A DNA stretch of 64,000 bases from Ramazzottius varieornatus. Its lineage: Eukaryota > Animalia > Tardigrada. The translations under genes were made by a program, and so were the position numbers. The notes under the pieces were generated by a model. It did not search any database, had not been told where the DNA came from, and saw only the letters and a program-made list of their open reading frames with translations. Positions 35,239 through 49,662 of the stretch are shown in pieces. Position 1 is the first letter of the stretch. The number at the start of each line of letters is the position of its first letter. The DNA lies in contig BDGG01000001.1 of NCBI GenBank assembly GCA_001949185.1, forward strand, positions 510,128 through 574,127, read 5' to 3'.

Positions 35239-37324
35239 ATGGACATGACGGCATCGCCAACTTCCCCCAAGTCATCCAGCGGAGGCAGCGAGAAAGGTGA
35301 AGGCCACATCAAACGCCCCATGAACGCCTTCATGGTCTGGTCCCGTGGACAACGTCGCAAGCTGGCTCAGGAGAACCCCAAGATGCACAACTCGGAGATT
35401 AGCAAGCGCCTGGGAGCCGAATGGAAGATGCTCAGCGATGCCGAGAAGCGACCCTTCATCGACGAAGCCAAACGCCTGCGCGCGCTCCACATGAAGGTAC
35501 GGTCAAAACCTGCCGCATTCTGTAAAACTGATCCATCAGTCGATCAATCGAAAAAGACATCGGCTTCAATTTTTTTCTGATCGCACCTCGTTCAACACAT
35601 CTTGACATCGAACAGTGTCGTATCCTGCTGACCATTTTCGCTCTTGACTTTTTCTACAGTAATACCCAAATTTTGAGATCGAAATTTTCTTCCATGTAAT
35701 CACAGTGCTTCGACAATCTAAGAGAACATTAGAAAAATATTGTTGGGTGGATTTTGGGTTTCGAGGTCTGAGAGACCATGAGTATGCAAGTCTGCATCGC
35801 CGGGTCTTTACTGCTGCGAAGAACCCACCAGCCGCTATTGACATTGCTGTATGGTGGTAACAGTGAATAATTGTAGGTTCTCTGTTCTAAATTACAACAG
35901 CGATATGGATAGTGAGGGGCTGCAACTGTCTTGAGCAAATAAGTGGAGATAAGTTCATCTCTCAATCTTGTTAGCTGGCAGGGTGTTCGGACGGTGTGCT
36001 GGTTGAGTTTGCACGAGCTACCGAACTGGAGGTGCGATAAGCCGATGGTTAGCTCGCGTGGCGCCGCTCGACTTTCTTTAGCTGTATAATTTACGGTCTT
36101 GAGTCGATTGTCTTGCTCTCCATATCGTTGTGAAAGATTGTCTGTCCAACAGATGGATGATGCAATAACACATGTCGTTATTAAGCTTCTGTTATCTTTC
36201 CCCTCATTGCGCAGGCCTGATTAGCTCGACTTTACAATTTTGGGTAATGGGCTTTTCCGAGGGTCTTTGTGCGGCAGAGAATATTGTCATCGCTTCATCG
36301 CAATATTCTGTGAATTTGCTCGGTTCGAAGAAGACAGGGCCTTTTCACTGTTTTCACATCCGTATTCTCTTTTGATGAAATGGGGGACAATAGGTGGTGC
36401 AAAGAGGCCATTGAGTGATTTTATCGGGTTGGAGGCAGAAATAAAATGCTGAAGAACAGACAGGCGAACTTAGACTGACCCAACAGAACAGGATTCGAAG
36501 ACGTTCTTTCTGCTCTGAATCGAGAACTAGCTCACGAAATCCGTTTCCACTTTTTGTTGAGAAATAAGACGCGGGCAGATGAATCGAGCCCGAGCCTTCT
36601 CCCAAGTTGCGCAAATTTCAGCCAACAGCAGTGAGAATCCGCGCCACTTTGGAGAGCGATCCGCTTTCGTTTGCTCACTACAGTGAAACCCGGAAATAAC
36701 TGTAGAAAATGGCGAAAAATAGTCATAACATGCCTGTCATTGATTTTTGTTGACTTTTAATCAGTTCACAACGGCTGACGGTTTTCATTTCGTTTTTTTC
36801 AGGAACATCCCGACTACAAGTATCGCCCACGTCGCAAGCCCAAGACGCTGATGAAGAAAGATCGCCCGCAATTTCCTTATGGTGTACCTTTCGGTGTGGA
36901 CCCATTCCGCAACTTCATGGCTCCGCAGATGCACCAAGTCAACGACATGGACAAGGCCCGCGCTGCCGCCTTCCTACCCCAGATGAACGGTGTCAATCCG
37001 TACGGCAACTACTACTCGGCCACCAACGAGATGGCCAAGTTGTCGGAGATGGCCGCTTCGTCGCAGGCCTCAATGATGAACGGGATGAACGGTGTCAACC
37101 CGCTGTACTCGTCGCCCTTTTACCACAACGCCGCCAACAGCCAGATGCACCCATCCATGTCGGCCTACCTCAACCATCCCAGCATGCAGGCCGCCGCCGC
37201 CGTCCAGAACCTGACCAACGTCAACCAGGGCAACGTCATGAAGGCCTACGAAGCCGTCACGCAGGATAGTCTGCGACGCCCGGTGCCCTACTCCGTCTTT
37301 CCTGGACAGTACTTACGCGATTAA
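35239..37324 (+). CDS. Sox21: SoxB2-group HMG-box transcription factor (Sox21/Sox21a-like), 2 exons (35239-35496, 36803-37324)
   Basis: [40 protein letters not shown]...RALHMK|[20 protein letters not shown]. The KPK in the group-B motif indicates B2. C-terminal LRRPVP motif. Confidence 0.9.
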
Positions 37325-39779
37325 GCCCAACAATCAACTCATGCAATACTCCCCATTCTTTCCTCCAAAGAAAGTCTATCATATCTACTCCCCAACAACA
37401 TTCTTCGGTATTTTTTCTTATCGTCGCTTCGCCGTTCTCTGTGGAACGAGTATGGTAAAGGACCTTGAACGACTCGGACGATACTTCACTTTGGTTTAAT
37501 TTTTGGTTTCTTTACTTATCAACAGCTGCTGAAGTTTTTCGAATATACGATTCTTTTCTTTGAAATAATACTAACTGATCCTTTATACTCTCCGCTTCTC
37601 AACATTCCGGATAGTTCCTTGATTGATTAACCTATAATTGAAAATACTCTTGTGACGTATGCTGGAATATTTGATAAATACTTGTATTTTCTTACGATGC
37701 ATTTAGCTGCTATTCCTTCTGTTGAACTCTACGTGTCCAAACCAGCAATAAAAAAATTAATCACAGTCCATCCTTGTTTTGAAAATTCACCAACAGAATA
37801 TGTGGCCAACGTAGAGTCCTCAGCTGGAGGATGTTCTGGACTTTGGAATGGAAGGACAAAGGTTGAGCATCTTCTCATTGCTGCATTTCTTCAGCGACAT
37901 AATTGATGATGTGTCCACATTGTAAAGGCGGTACGGTCGTTTGAGCAGAGGGTTGCAACTGTCCAGTGTAGTTCGGCCGCGATGACGGATCGTCTCATCT
38001 GCTGGTACAGTCCGACGTATGTGCAAGGCAAGGAGTGAATGTGGCAGTGTAAAGCGACCACGGGTTTGCTTGGGGTAATAAGAAACGTTTGTCACTTGAG
38101 TCAATATCACTTCATATCTGATATTCCCGCAGGTGTTCGCGCTGAACAATCTCAGCCTTGGCAAATATAACTCGATCCGTAGCAGAGAGAAATTAGTGGA
38201 GAGATTATCGCTGGGCGAAACTATATTTTCCAGCAGCACTTATCGCAGGTCGGAACAATGCCGTCGGTACACAAAACAATTAGCGCCTCGAGAGATCCTT
38301 ACACCTTTGTGCGGTATTGTCTTCCAATAAGAATTTAATTTCCCTATGAATATAATACTTGCTCTGGCCTCGGCTTTTGTTCCTTTGTCCGGACAGATTT
38401 TGGCTTTTGCGCTTGACAATATTTGATGCGCATCGTGGCCGGACTGTATGGAGAGAGTTCCTTCAAGATTGAAAGGTTATCGTCACTCGATTGTCCTCTT
38501 CCTTGTTCAGCTGTCATTAAAAGCTGTCTTAATCCATCGAGTGTCAAACATTTAGTGGCCAACAATTAATCAAGGAAAAACTTGAGATTAGTGCAGAGTA
38601 AACGTACGCTTTGTTCGATTACTTTTAACAGATTCAGTCAAACTATGTTTTCCGCTTCGGTCAATTGTGACATTTTTCTACGGATTTTCGTAAGTTGGAA
38701 AGTTCGTTTTTGCGAAGCAAGCAATTGAAATTCATTCTCTTCATTTGGATTTAACGCTGTAATATCAACGCTAACTTTGCTCAAGTTTTGATCAGTGTAT
38801 CGATGGAAGTTTTTTCATGCGCGGTTGAATAGTCGAGTTGCAAGTCTCAGTTGTAATCGACACTACCTTACATACTGAAGCTGTTTTCTTTCAGCGCATT
38901 TCCGCCACTATACGGCGCCTGACAAAAGCCGCATGAAGATGGAAAAATGACTCGACAAAGGCCATAAAGGTTCTCCATTAAAGTGAGAAGCCAAGTAAAA
39001 AGCGATCAGTCTTGCGCCGTCAACGCGCTGACACAAGAAAAGCCTTCAAAGCGCGCCTTAGAGCAGTTTTCACATTGGCAACAATATCCGGCAGAATATC
39101 AAAGCGATATATTGTCCAGCCACAATCAGCGTCATAAAGAGAACCAATATGAGAGGTTTTTCATATCCATGCTCAGATTGCTTTTCATCCTCGCTCGGCT
39201 CTCTGTATGGCCTTCAGGCCCTTTATTCGCTGGTTCCCTGCTGGTCATTAAGAGCTGAATGACGCGCGATTGTGGCCCTCATTGTCATCCGGTACTCCTG
39301 ATGGGACGTTCTTACATTGCCACCCGACAATGCCGCAACCATGATAAATGGCCTCACAAGCCCCAACTTCCACAATGCTGTCGTAAATGTCAGTACTCTG
39401 AACAGAGTGTGGAGTACTCTACTGCCACATCCGATTGCAGCGCTTTGTCCGACTGCAAGGTCGTCCTCGAGTACGTCCGGTACGGAGAACTCCGCGACCC
39501 ATGATTGAAAGGTCATCGGCGCGGTTAGGAACGGAAGATAGCTGGAAGCTCGGTCAACAAATTCAACCAAATTTTTCTTCGAAGTGGCGCACGTCCTTCG
39601 ATGAAACACTGTAAACTTGCGTCACTCGGACAATCGATCTAGCGGCGTCTGCCCAAGCGGCGCATGCCGCTAGCCAGTATCACTGATAGAGTGCGCCACT
39701 TGAGAGAACGATATTCTGTAGTCGTATAAGTTTGTCGAGTTCCCAGGTTCCAAGACGGCTTTCATAACACACGGAAGCG

Positions 39780-39821
39780 CCAAAGTGTAGTGTCCCTTCC
39801 TGAAGGGACACTACACTTTGG
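39780..39821. repeat. Perfect 20-bp inverted repeat with 2-nt spacer
   Basis: ccaaagtgtagtgtcccttc-ct-gaagggacactacactttgg. Confidence 0.95.
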
Positions 39822-42800
39822 AAGTGCGTAGGAGCTAGCAACACCAGTGAAACAGAGGAAATATAGCCAGGTCTAAAGACTCGAAGCTAGCGAATTTTAC
39901 TGCTGGGCAGAATAAACTTTGGAGTATTCAAGTATGGATTCGAGGGTCTTGAGACTTTAAGAAACAATATCTATTGCGACATATTTGCCGTCAAGTGGTT
40001 GTTGGTAAAAAAGGCATCCGTGAATGCAGTTCAAGGGTAAACAAGTTGGCTGTCGAGTGTCCACAATTGTGTCCGGAAGGAACTTTGGGTGGAGGATCGG
40101 ATGTCTTGCGAGCAAGGTGGAACGTGCAGGGGTGCTGAGAGAGCGAAGCCTTGTCGAACCGCGAAGGGGCCTTTGCAACCAAACGAAGGGCGTTATAATG
40201 AAGTGGGTACTGTGCCGTCGATGGCGTTGTTCAGCTGCGCAAACCTGCCTTGACAGACAAGTGACTCTTGACAAGCCATCGTCCAATGCCGACCTCCAAA
40301 CCGGTTGATCGGAAGGAAAATTATCTGCCAAACTGTATATGTAAGGCTCAGGTGCTGAAATCGGCATGGCTTAAAAATTCAAATAGTGGCCCGTATAGTC
40401 TGTGTAATGCCAATAACATAATCCCATCAAAATGGCAACATGTCATGCTTGATTCACCCGTTTACATTATGTTGTTACCACACATCAAAAGGCCTTCTCT
40501 TTCTTCCGATCTCTGCGCGCTCCATCCGACGTCTATTGCATCGCCGCAGGTCGTTTCCAGCGGTCCCAATGCTGCTGCTGCTGCTGCTGATGCAAAGCAA
40601 TCACAATCGAGCACAATATATGAATTTTCAAAGCGGTATAATGGTTGATAGTGTGGCGCATTTATCCGCTATGCATACCTCTACGCTCGAGCAATTTTGC
40701 ACCATAGTCGGAAAATGACTGGTAATGAATTTTTGAACTGATCCGAAAGCTGTCTTTGAGACAAATCTCACTAAAAATTAACTCTGAGCAGCTTACAATT
40801 TTAGTGTACAGCGTACAATCGCAATCAAAAAGAGCGAACAGAGTTTAAAAGTTACTGTAGTGAAATGGCCAGGCCGGCAATTCCAGACACCACAATCGGA
40901 AAGTTCTAGTGACGATTAACCTCTCAGTATTTAGTTTATGTCAGATTTGATGAAGTAATTTTTTAAGGAGATTAGAATCTTTTTCATGTGGTCGAAGGAC
41001 TTTCAACTCATCAATTTTCATCTGTCACATTGGGGTTTTATACTGGGGTATCATGGTACCATATCATAGCAGTACGTGCTATCAAATGTCGAAGTATGGC
41101 ACAGACAAGTGTTAAAACCTTTCCGTCTACGGTTGACCCGGTTTACAAGTGAGCGGCCCGTCGATTGCCGTATACCGACAAGACACTATTGCTCCTCAAC
41201 AATGGCGCTGCATGGACCTGGCTCCACCACAATGCCGTATACCAGTTATTATGGCACAATCGCATTTCAACCTCAGCAAAGCATGACCAAGTATCGCTGC
41301 AAAGTTTCCATTTATCTTTTCTTCCACCATTCTGTCGGCGGAACATAAGTAATAAAAATGTACGATGGCGAATGATTAATGGTCGAATTGCCTGTGTTGT
41401 GCCACAACAACTTCAGCATTCCAAACGGTCTCATTTGGTCCTTTGCGGGAATTCCAGCGTGAAGACGAAGAAGATTGCTTTCATTGTTAGGAGTACAGCG
41501 CAGAATCAACAAAATTAATCGGCGGAAAATGCGCGGCTTTACTGAAGCATGTCATGGCGCCATGTCATCACATTATTAGGGCGTGTTGTGTCATTTTGCA
41601 TGACAGCTCTTGAGCGGCTCCTTCCACGTTCTTGTGACGGAGGAATGGAAAGATTGTCAAGTAAAACGGCCCTCTAATCAATTTAGACACGTCTCAGGAG
41701 ACAAACTGCCCCCACACGTAATCGCTTCGATTGCGCGCGCCCCAATGAAAGCATAATACAACATGGCCACTTCACCGTAACAATTCCGCTCAACGAAATT
41801 CATAAATTCGAAGATTTCGAAAATCGTGCTTCCGAAAAATAAGTTGCTCTTATATGTGGAATTTAACGTCCAGAATTTAGTCAGGAGAAGTTACGCAAGC
41901 CGGAGTTTAAATTTAGAGTATGACAACAGTCTTACACGGCGGGCTCTCTGGTGAAACGGGAGGTAAAAGAGAAAAAATGGTCGAAGGCAGAACTGACGAA
42001 AATTCAAATTGCAATTTGATTGTTTGCTTTTGTGTGTTGGCCCTCATATTGAATTTAGATGATTGGCAGTGCGGCGATGGGATGATGAAGAGGTCAAAGA
42101 TCAAAAAAGCTCTTTGAGGGTAAATAAAGAGGCGCAGAACAGCCATCGAATAGACATTTGTCCTGCCAGCAAATGACGTTAACGTGAATATTCTTCCCAT
42201 AACAAGCGGCATGACAAACGCGGAAAATTGAGTATTGTACTGCGGGAACGCCGACCGGTTCGTGACTTTACAATGCAGACAGAATGGAATTATGGACCCA
42301 TCTTTCTTCTTTTATCTTCTTACCCTCCTTCACTCACAATAAAAGCATGTCACGTCCATAAATTGAGAGACTACTTTACAGTCCTCCATGCAGCCTTGAG
42401 CCCTAGACTAAAGTTCACGGTATGGCGAAAACGAGCTCAATCAACAACTCAACGAAGCTCCCTGTGCGGACGCATTCTTGCCATTACCAACAACTCTCCG
42501 CAGTCTTCTAATGTATCATACGGACTGAAACTAGACTTAATGCCATAGTTTTTGACCTCCAGTACCCTGGCTACGCGACTGCTATAAATGAACGAAAGTT
42601 TGGAACGATCTGTCGATGGAGTTGTTTTTTTTCTGGGGCATTTCACGGAAAGTTTCACGACAAGGCGTACTGCGTATGAGAAAGTGTCAGCCGTCACAAC
42701 GAGATGGGGGTCTCGTCGCAAAGCTTATGGAATTTGAATGGGCACAGAGGCCCATAATAGCTCCATTTTCAGTCCATTGTCTTCTCGTCAAATGCCAATG

Positions 42801-45800
42801 ACGATCATGGCAGCGCCTCGCTCAATACAGGCCAATTTACTTCACAACAATACAGCCAATCAATACCCAAGAATGTTCCATACAGCGAACGGCAGGCTGC
42901 GCAGTAGCGCTCTTTATTGCCCACCATTATCGCGCAATGAACGACGGAAATAGCTTTCACATCGAAACCAAAGAAAAAGCTGTCACAACATCAGTTTTAC
43001 TTGCAAAAAATCATCGAATATTTCCTGAACTTTTTTAGGTCAGACTGTATCTCACGGTTTACATGGAAAACTTGCTCCGTGGGCGAATGATCTGAGCCAG
43101 ATCGTTTTTCCAAGTGGCGCACACCCACAGTTTGCATTAATGCAAATGCGCGCAACTTCAGACTCCGGATCAGTTCATTTGCCTCCAGTTCGTTTTGACC
43201 AGGTTCAGTTCGTTCGCCCATATCTGATTTATTGATTGATTGGTACACTGGTCACCAAAAACCCAGTTTTGAGCGTTGACTCCAAAGCTGATCGATACTG
43301 ACGAGCGCTGTTGGGGAGATTGAAAGGCCATGTAATACATATCGCTTTGCAATGTTTTGCGTCAGAAAGTGTGCGCCAAAGTGTGTCAATAGCTGTTTTG
43401 AGAAGAAGTGCGGAGAGGACTGCTGACTCGGGGTGTATAGTGTCATTTTCTCGTTAAGCATTGCAGCTGTATGGCAATAAACGCGGCCATTATGTTGCGC
43501 CAACACAAAGGGCCATATTGACAAAGCATTATATCGGCAATTGACGGGCAATGTTTGGTTTCTGTGATGATATTTCTCTAGTGTTGGCCAGGGCCACATT
43601 CATATTTTGTCCTGGATGTGTTGGTGAAAATGTGCTATTGAGCCTTCTTGACAAAAGTCTTTGGACCATCGATACAAAAGGGCACTACAAAGGAATAGAC
43701 TCGTTCAATATCCGTTCTACTTGCCTGCGCCCAACTTGTTTTGCCCAGCACCGATCGAGCCTTCAAAAGTGTGAATATGAGAGCGCTGTAGATATTGATA
43801 TGTACACACATTATTCAGTAATTGTCAGAATAACCTGAAAAGCAATTTTGTTCCCTAAACAAATAACGGCCTTCGATATTTTGCCAGGACGATCTGCGTG
43901 CGGCTATTCTTCGGCCGCGCACTATAGCCTCCACGGATTCAATCCGGCCATTGTGAAGCCCACAGCTTTTATGCCCAGGGAATTGAGCCTACTTCATCAA
44001 ATCTTAGCAAATAATGGACGACTTTTGTCCGCAACTTTTGCCGTTGTGTACCTTCGGCTTTTATGCGCTGCACGCCAAAACTTCGCCACAGTACCCACTA
44101 CTGTTTCGTTTTGTACGATAAGCGCCTTTGCCGACGCAGGCAGTTCCGTCGTTATACTTAAAACCTGTCCGCGAACCAAGTCTCAAGTCGAAGTAAAAAA
44201 TATCCACGAAAATATACTTAAACTCCGAGTTAGATTGTCGTTTGCAAGTTAAATCTATAACCACAGACTTAGACTAGTTATTATCTCGACCATTATCCTA
44301 CGATGGTATTCGGTACTGAAAAAGATCTCGAGCACAAGGTGCCATTCAGAAACTCGTTTCAAATGAGTTTATGGCTGTAATCTAGCATCTCGGCAGCAGT
44401 GTTGATTTCAGTCTGGGGCATAAATTCCGGCCGTTCGATCAATCAAGTACAACTGTCCCACTGAGACTGAACAGTAAAAACTAGCTTTTGTAACTCAGTT
44501 TTTATATCAGTTTTCTATACCAGCCTTTAACTGACTTGTGTCGCTTGATTGATCGTTGAGTACGTAAATTATGCCCAGACCGAAAGCAACACTGCTCGGC
44601 AGCCTTTTAAAACAGCGTGAAACTTTCATTGCTGTCAATAAACAATGCATTGAACCAACACACAAACAAGCAGTAAACATCGGCAATAGAAGAAACAATT
44701 TACGAGAAACGTAGTCAAGTGATCAATCAACGGAACGTGATTACCCAAGCACTGCCGCATTAAAAACTTCAGAAAATCTCTCAACGCCACCTGTAGTTAA
44801 TTGCTCAAGTCGCCCGTGTATGACCTTTGTTATGTTCCTCAGTAAAAATTCTGCGAAGAATATACATCATCTATGAGCTGAGATGAAAGCGAAGCCGAGG
44901 GATACATTTTCATGTACTGTAAGCCCACGTCTGATCCTGGTCGATGGGTGATGAAATATTATTGGAAATGTAAGCTTGAGAGGGCTTTCGCGCATGAACG
45001 AGCGCTTAACGCTGATTTTGATCTGCGGCAAATTTGTTCTCGCAGTTTTAGAGTATGTGTGGGGATGAAGCAAGAGGGCAAATTAATGTATGGAAAGGCT
45101 ATTAAGGCACTTTGGCCACTTGAGAGGACCCCTGCCGCCCGCAATCCGATCGCCTTAATCCAGCCCACTGCAATTTGCAGCCGAGCAGAAAAATGCCCAA
45201 GCACTTCACACCAAACATCCTTCTCCCCTTTCCCAACCGGTTACCTCTCTCTCCCTCTCTCTTCCCGCTTCCTGTATTTTTCACGCAGCGTGACCAACGT
45301 GTACACAACCTCTCACTCTAAGCACCAGAGACCCCAAGACAGTACTTGACTAGCTTGTAAACGTCCTCCTTCAGGTCATCACGGTTTCTCGTGTCAGTCT
45401 CTCAAGTATTTAACCCAAACACCTTTTCACCCAGCTCACCGACCCTCACAGATCTTCACCGCACCCAAACTCGGGTTTCGGAAAATTTCTTCTGTGTAAT
45501 AGCCAAGTAATACTGAACTGTGGTTGTATAGATAGGGAATTCAGTTTCAAGAAAATAGGTAATGATAGTAGAGTTTCACACTCTTCACTCCGGCATCATG
45601 CTTAAACATTCTAGGTTGGTCAACTAACAAATCGATCAGCTGAGGAAAATTTTTCGGCCGAGGGTTGAGTCTTAACAGATCGCCGTATGGCGGCGGCTCT
45701 GTTGGCTTATGGACTTTGGCTGCCGGTTGGTACAACGGTGTCAAGGAAAGACCTCCGATTCTTCTTAATTTTCGCATATTTGTAGTATTTATAGTGAGGG

Positions 45801-48715
45801 GGAACACTGTAAAATTTTGTGGGAATAACTGTAGTGAATGACTCCTGATTGCATTCTTGCATGTCATGTACCATATGCTGGCATCATACGAAGTCGTGTG
45901 CGGTCAGTCAGTCATGAAAACTATACCACGAGACGCCCATCCCGGACAAATTCCCCTACCGCTTAATCGGCTCAACAACGATCCCATCTCGTCACTACAA
46001 ATCCACCACATGACAGACTCTACGTTTGGTACAAAGAGGGAGTACAGAAGAGGACACGCAGGATATGTCCTGCTGGTCAATCAGGCTTACATCGCTTCCC
46101 ATTATATTATCCCAATCGACGTCATGCATATCACGAACATCAATCTTCCCAACTGCGTATCCGGATGTTTAGTACAAGTCTGCCTGTAATTATGTCTGGA
46201 AGAGGAGGAGGAGAAGGAGGAGGAAGAGCCAGAAGTTTATATATTCAATTGGGGCTGAGTAGATTAGAGGCCTAATGGGACTCTTAAGAGCCCACCACTG
46301 TCTTGCCCCATTGATATGCATGTTTTTGGTCCTTCATCCCAGCTGCGCCACTCTAGCCTGATAAAGACAGAGTAGGCCGTCTTCATTTGACATCTCCCAC
46401 TTCAACCAACCTCTTCCGCGTCCCTCTTAATGTCCCTTGCATCACGACTCTTCTCTCCCCAACAACGAGGACTTGTCTAGGGATTCTTTGGCAAACAATG
46501 CAAGGTCACAAAGAATCACAAAGAATGTCACAAAGAATGACAATAACATCAAAGGAACCTTGAAGTCATTTGCCGTACTCCGTCTGACTCGCCTACTAGC
46601 ATTTTGGATCGAAACTGATGCCGAATGTTCTCTAGCTATATCAAAGCAATAAAAACCATAAAAAATCTTATCGTACATTGCAAACATTTCCTTTACAAGC
46701 TTGAACCGAGATTTCAATTTAAGACCTTGAGCACCACGCGATTTCGGGCTTCCAGAATGTAGACTGCAACGTTGCGATGCCGGGTTTTACTACGATTTTT
46801 TCTGTTATCGCCTGGTTTCAACTTGTGAAGAAACTATTACAACGGGGTGCCGAACTAAGCAAAGGATCGTAAATCCATTAGTAGAGTATGGGTGCGAAGC
46901 GAAAATGAGAGTAGATTTGTGGCACAAAGGTGGCTATTGTTTCCCATTTTCCCCACGGTTGAACTGAGAGCCTTTGAAGAAAATTGCCCATTGTTGTGCG
47001 ATTGTCCTGAGCGCTCCTTGGTCGCATTCATCACAGGTGTCGTGCGGCTACGAAATGTGTGTGGATACATTCCCACTATCCCTTGTATTGCCAACAGAAG
47101 AATGCAGGGGACAAGAGCACCATCGTACAGAAGGCAAGTAATCCAGCCACGTGTGGTCCTTTGTCCAGCGACCAACTCCAATGACGACTTCCATACCTTT
47201 CCCATAACGGCAAGTAACCTTACAGCGTCACGCTTCCCCCTCTTCAACACCTGTCAACATCATATGCGTTCTTGGCTATTCCTCTGATTTATTCGACCTT
47301 GACCACAGCAATAATGACCCGTATTCAAATACGGCTGGAGAACACTGTATAACCCAGAACCGCAATATACAGAGCGGCCATGAACTTTGTGTAACCGTTT
47401 TTTTTGAAGCCATCTGAATGATCACGTTCACAGTTTCCGTGCTCGCTGTTGCTACAAGAACGATAGCTCTCGTTTCTGACTACCATATATAACTAAGAGT
47501 CTGTCGCTGCAACGTTTCGTTCTGCGATGGGAGGAGGAAGCCCAAGTGCGTCCACTGAATCGAATGAATTCCAACCTTTTTGGTGAAACTAAAATCCAAC
47601 GACACCCATGTTGAACAAAGTCCATCAAAAATTGGTTCATTGAATGTGATTTTAGATGTTGTATCATTCTGGTATAGCGCTTTTATCGAAAACGATGGAA
47701 CGAGTGTGGAAAAAGTAAAAGTACTTCTGCTAAAATTTTGAAAAATGAGTTCGTGCGCCGCTTTCGCGTTCTATCCTCTGACTTTTCCAGCCGTAATTTT
47801 ATGTATCGAAGTCAGAATAGGGATGTTTTGTGGTACTTAGAACGACGAAACCACCGGCTATCGAATAATAATAAAGAAAAGTTCCAGTGATCGTTTTATA
47901 CAGTATATAAAACAAATTTCTTGAAAAGTTGCCCAAAGTTTGCGTGTCCACACTGTAAAATCAACGGGCAAAGTTCTCGAGAAGGCGCACATTCGAAACC
48001 ACAAAACTTCAGTCCGTCATAAAATCAAAGTGCAGTTCGTTGTCCGCATACTCGTTCAGGATACGCTACATGTCTGGTCAGCATCAACCAGAAACAATTT
48101 CGAAAACTGGAACAACAGAAGGAAATGCAACACTGCAGTAAATGCCAGGAAAAGACTTTGAGGTCGAAGTCAAATTTCTCCCTTTGTCAGAAAAAAAACT
48201 TGGCTTACTCCAAGAGCTGTGCATTCAGGGCGATCTTCTCCATGACTCTCGCCCGCCGGAAGATCAGTCATCGGGAAGTTCCCCCCAGAGGCCGACTTAA
48301 GACCGAATGTGGCTTCGGAGAAGGTTCCAGTATCGTCGATTGTGCTGATGATGCTGAAGAATGACATCTTGCGGAGGGCTCGCTTTGGAGATGGCTGGCT
48401 GACATCAATCGGTCGCGGTCGTAGACGGACATCACGGACCTGTTGTGGCGACCGACTTCACGAAAGCCAGACAGCACGAGGGCTTGACAGTAGATGGCCA
48501 CGATATCGAGACAGGCAAAGAACTGGTCCTCTGTCCAACAGAGAACACTGCAAACACATCGCAGACGTGGCGCCATCTTCTTGAAAGCCACTTACGATCA
48601 CAAACGGCGCCAAATGTCTCATATCAATGATCACGGAAAAAAGCCTAAATTCGGGAAATAATCCGCTGATTGGAAATTCGGTAGGAACCGGGACTCCCGT
48701 ACATACGGGCACATA

Positions 48716-49453
48716 CAGGGTGATCCCTATAAGTTGGAGCGACTTTGGACGTGAATGGAAAAATGAGCAGTGCTTTCACTTCTTCGAAAATTCGTTTCCA
48801 GATACGTGTAACTGTCAAAAAAATTGTGTAAAAATCTTGTCGGGGTGTCGTGGTCCAGAACGAGCACAGTACTGAAGACGTGAACTAGGTGGAAATCAAA
48901 AAGTTTTCGCGGAACCAAGATGCGATGCATTTCAGGCTTGTTTGTTTGCGTGTGAAACGTTCAGAATAATTTCGCTGATGCAAATCTGTTGGAAAACCCT
49001 TCTAGATATGGTAGAAATATATCAATCATGAGTTCGTGCACATGGCTGGATCTGTGAGCGACAATATTGCTGTAACTCAGGAGATAAGCAAAATTTTCCA
49101 CGTATTTTTTGGACTATTTTCAGTTTCTCCGTCCGCAGCGTGTTAGAGTGGTCGGTTTGTTCTCCAATATTCAGTTCCAACATACTTCCTTCATCAAACG
49201 ATTTTATGGGGAAATTTGATCGTGTTGCTCGTCAGACAGAAAAAGTTAACTGAGGTTCCCACTTTTTCCCCGTAAAATTCGTGTTTTCGGTGGTTCACAA
49301 CAATCAAACGATCAATGTGTTGTTGGGGAGACCTTCACGAAAATGCAAGATGAAGACATGCTCTATCGAACGAGTTGAAGTTTGGAAATTTATAGCTAGA
49401 AGCGACTTTACCACGAATTTTCAAAATCGTTCCAACCTACATGGATCAACCTG
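48716..49453. mobile_element. Non-autonomous Tc1/mariner-type element (~740 bp)
   Basis: TA|cagggtgatccctataagttggagcgactttg ... caaaatcgttccaacctacatggatcaacctg|TA. Imperfect ~35-bp TIRs with TA flanks. Confidence 0.75.
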
Positions 49454-49662
49454 TACACAAAGGGTCACGTTCCAACGCTCTGGTTTCTAGCTGGGAACGA
49501 GAAGTCGGGGCGGTACATACCCCGCTCCAAGGCAGTCGGCAGTCGAGAACAATCCCATGGTTATGTTCTCAACTCTTGCATTCCCACACGTTTCGGTTTT
49601 TCGCTCTGCATATTCCACTGATTCAGTGACTAATCGTAGAATGTCGCTGCTTGCAACCGGTA

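Noticed and set aside
46325-46346. miR-133-like sequence tttggtccttcatcccagctg
   Set aside because: It shares the seed but has indels and mismatches, and I see no well-pairing 5' arm at hairpin distance
37652-47700. Numerous short ORFs between Sox and twist
   Set aside because: Random-looking composition, no domain motifs or splice-consistent chains
48272-48283. NF-kB/Dorsal-like site GGGAAGTTCC upstream of twist
   Set aside because: A single site in a probably TE-derived stretch ~4 kb away; could be chance
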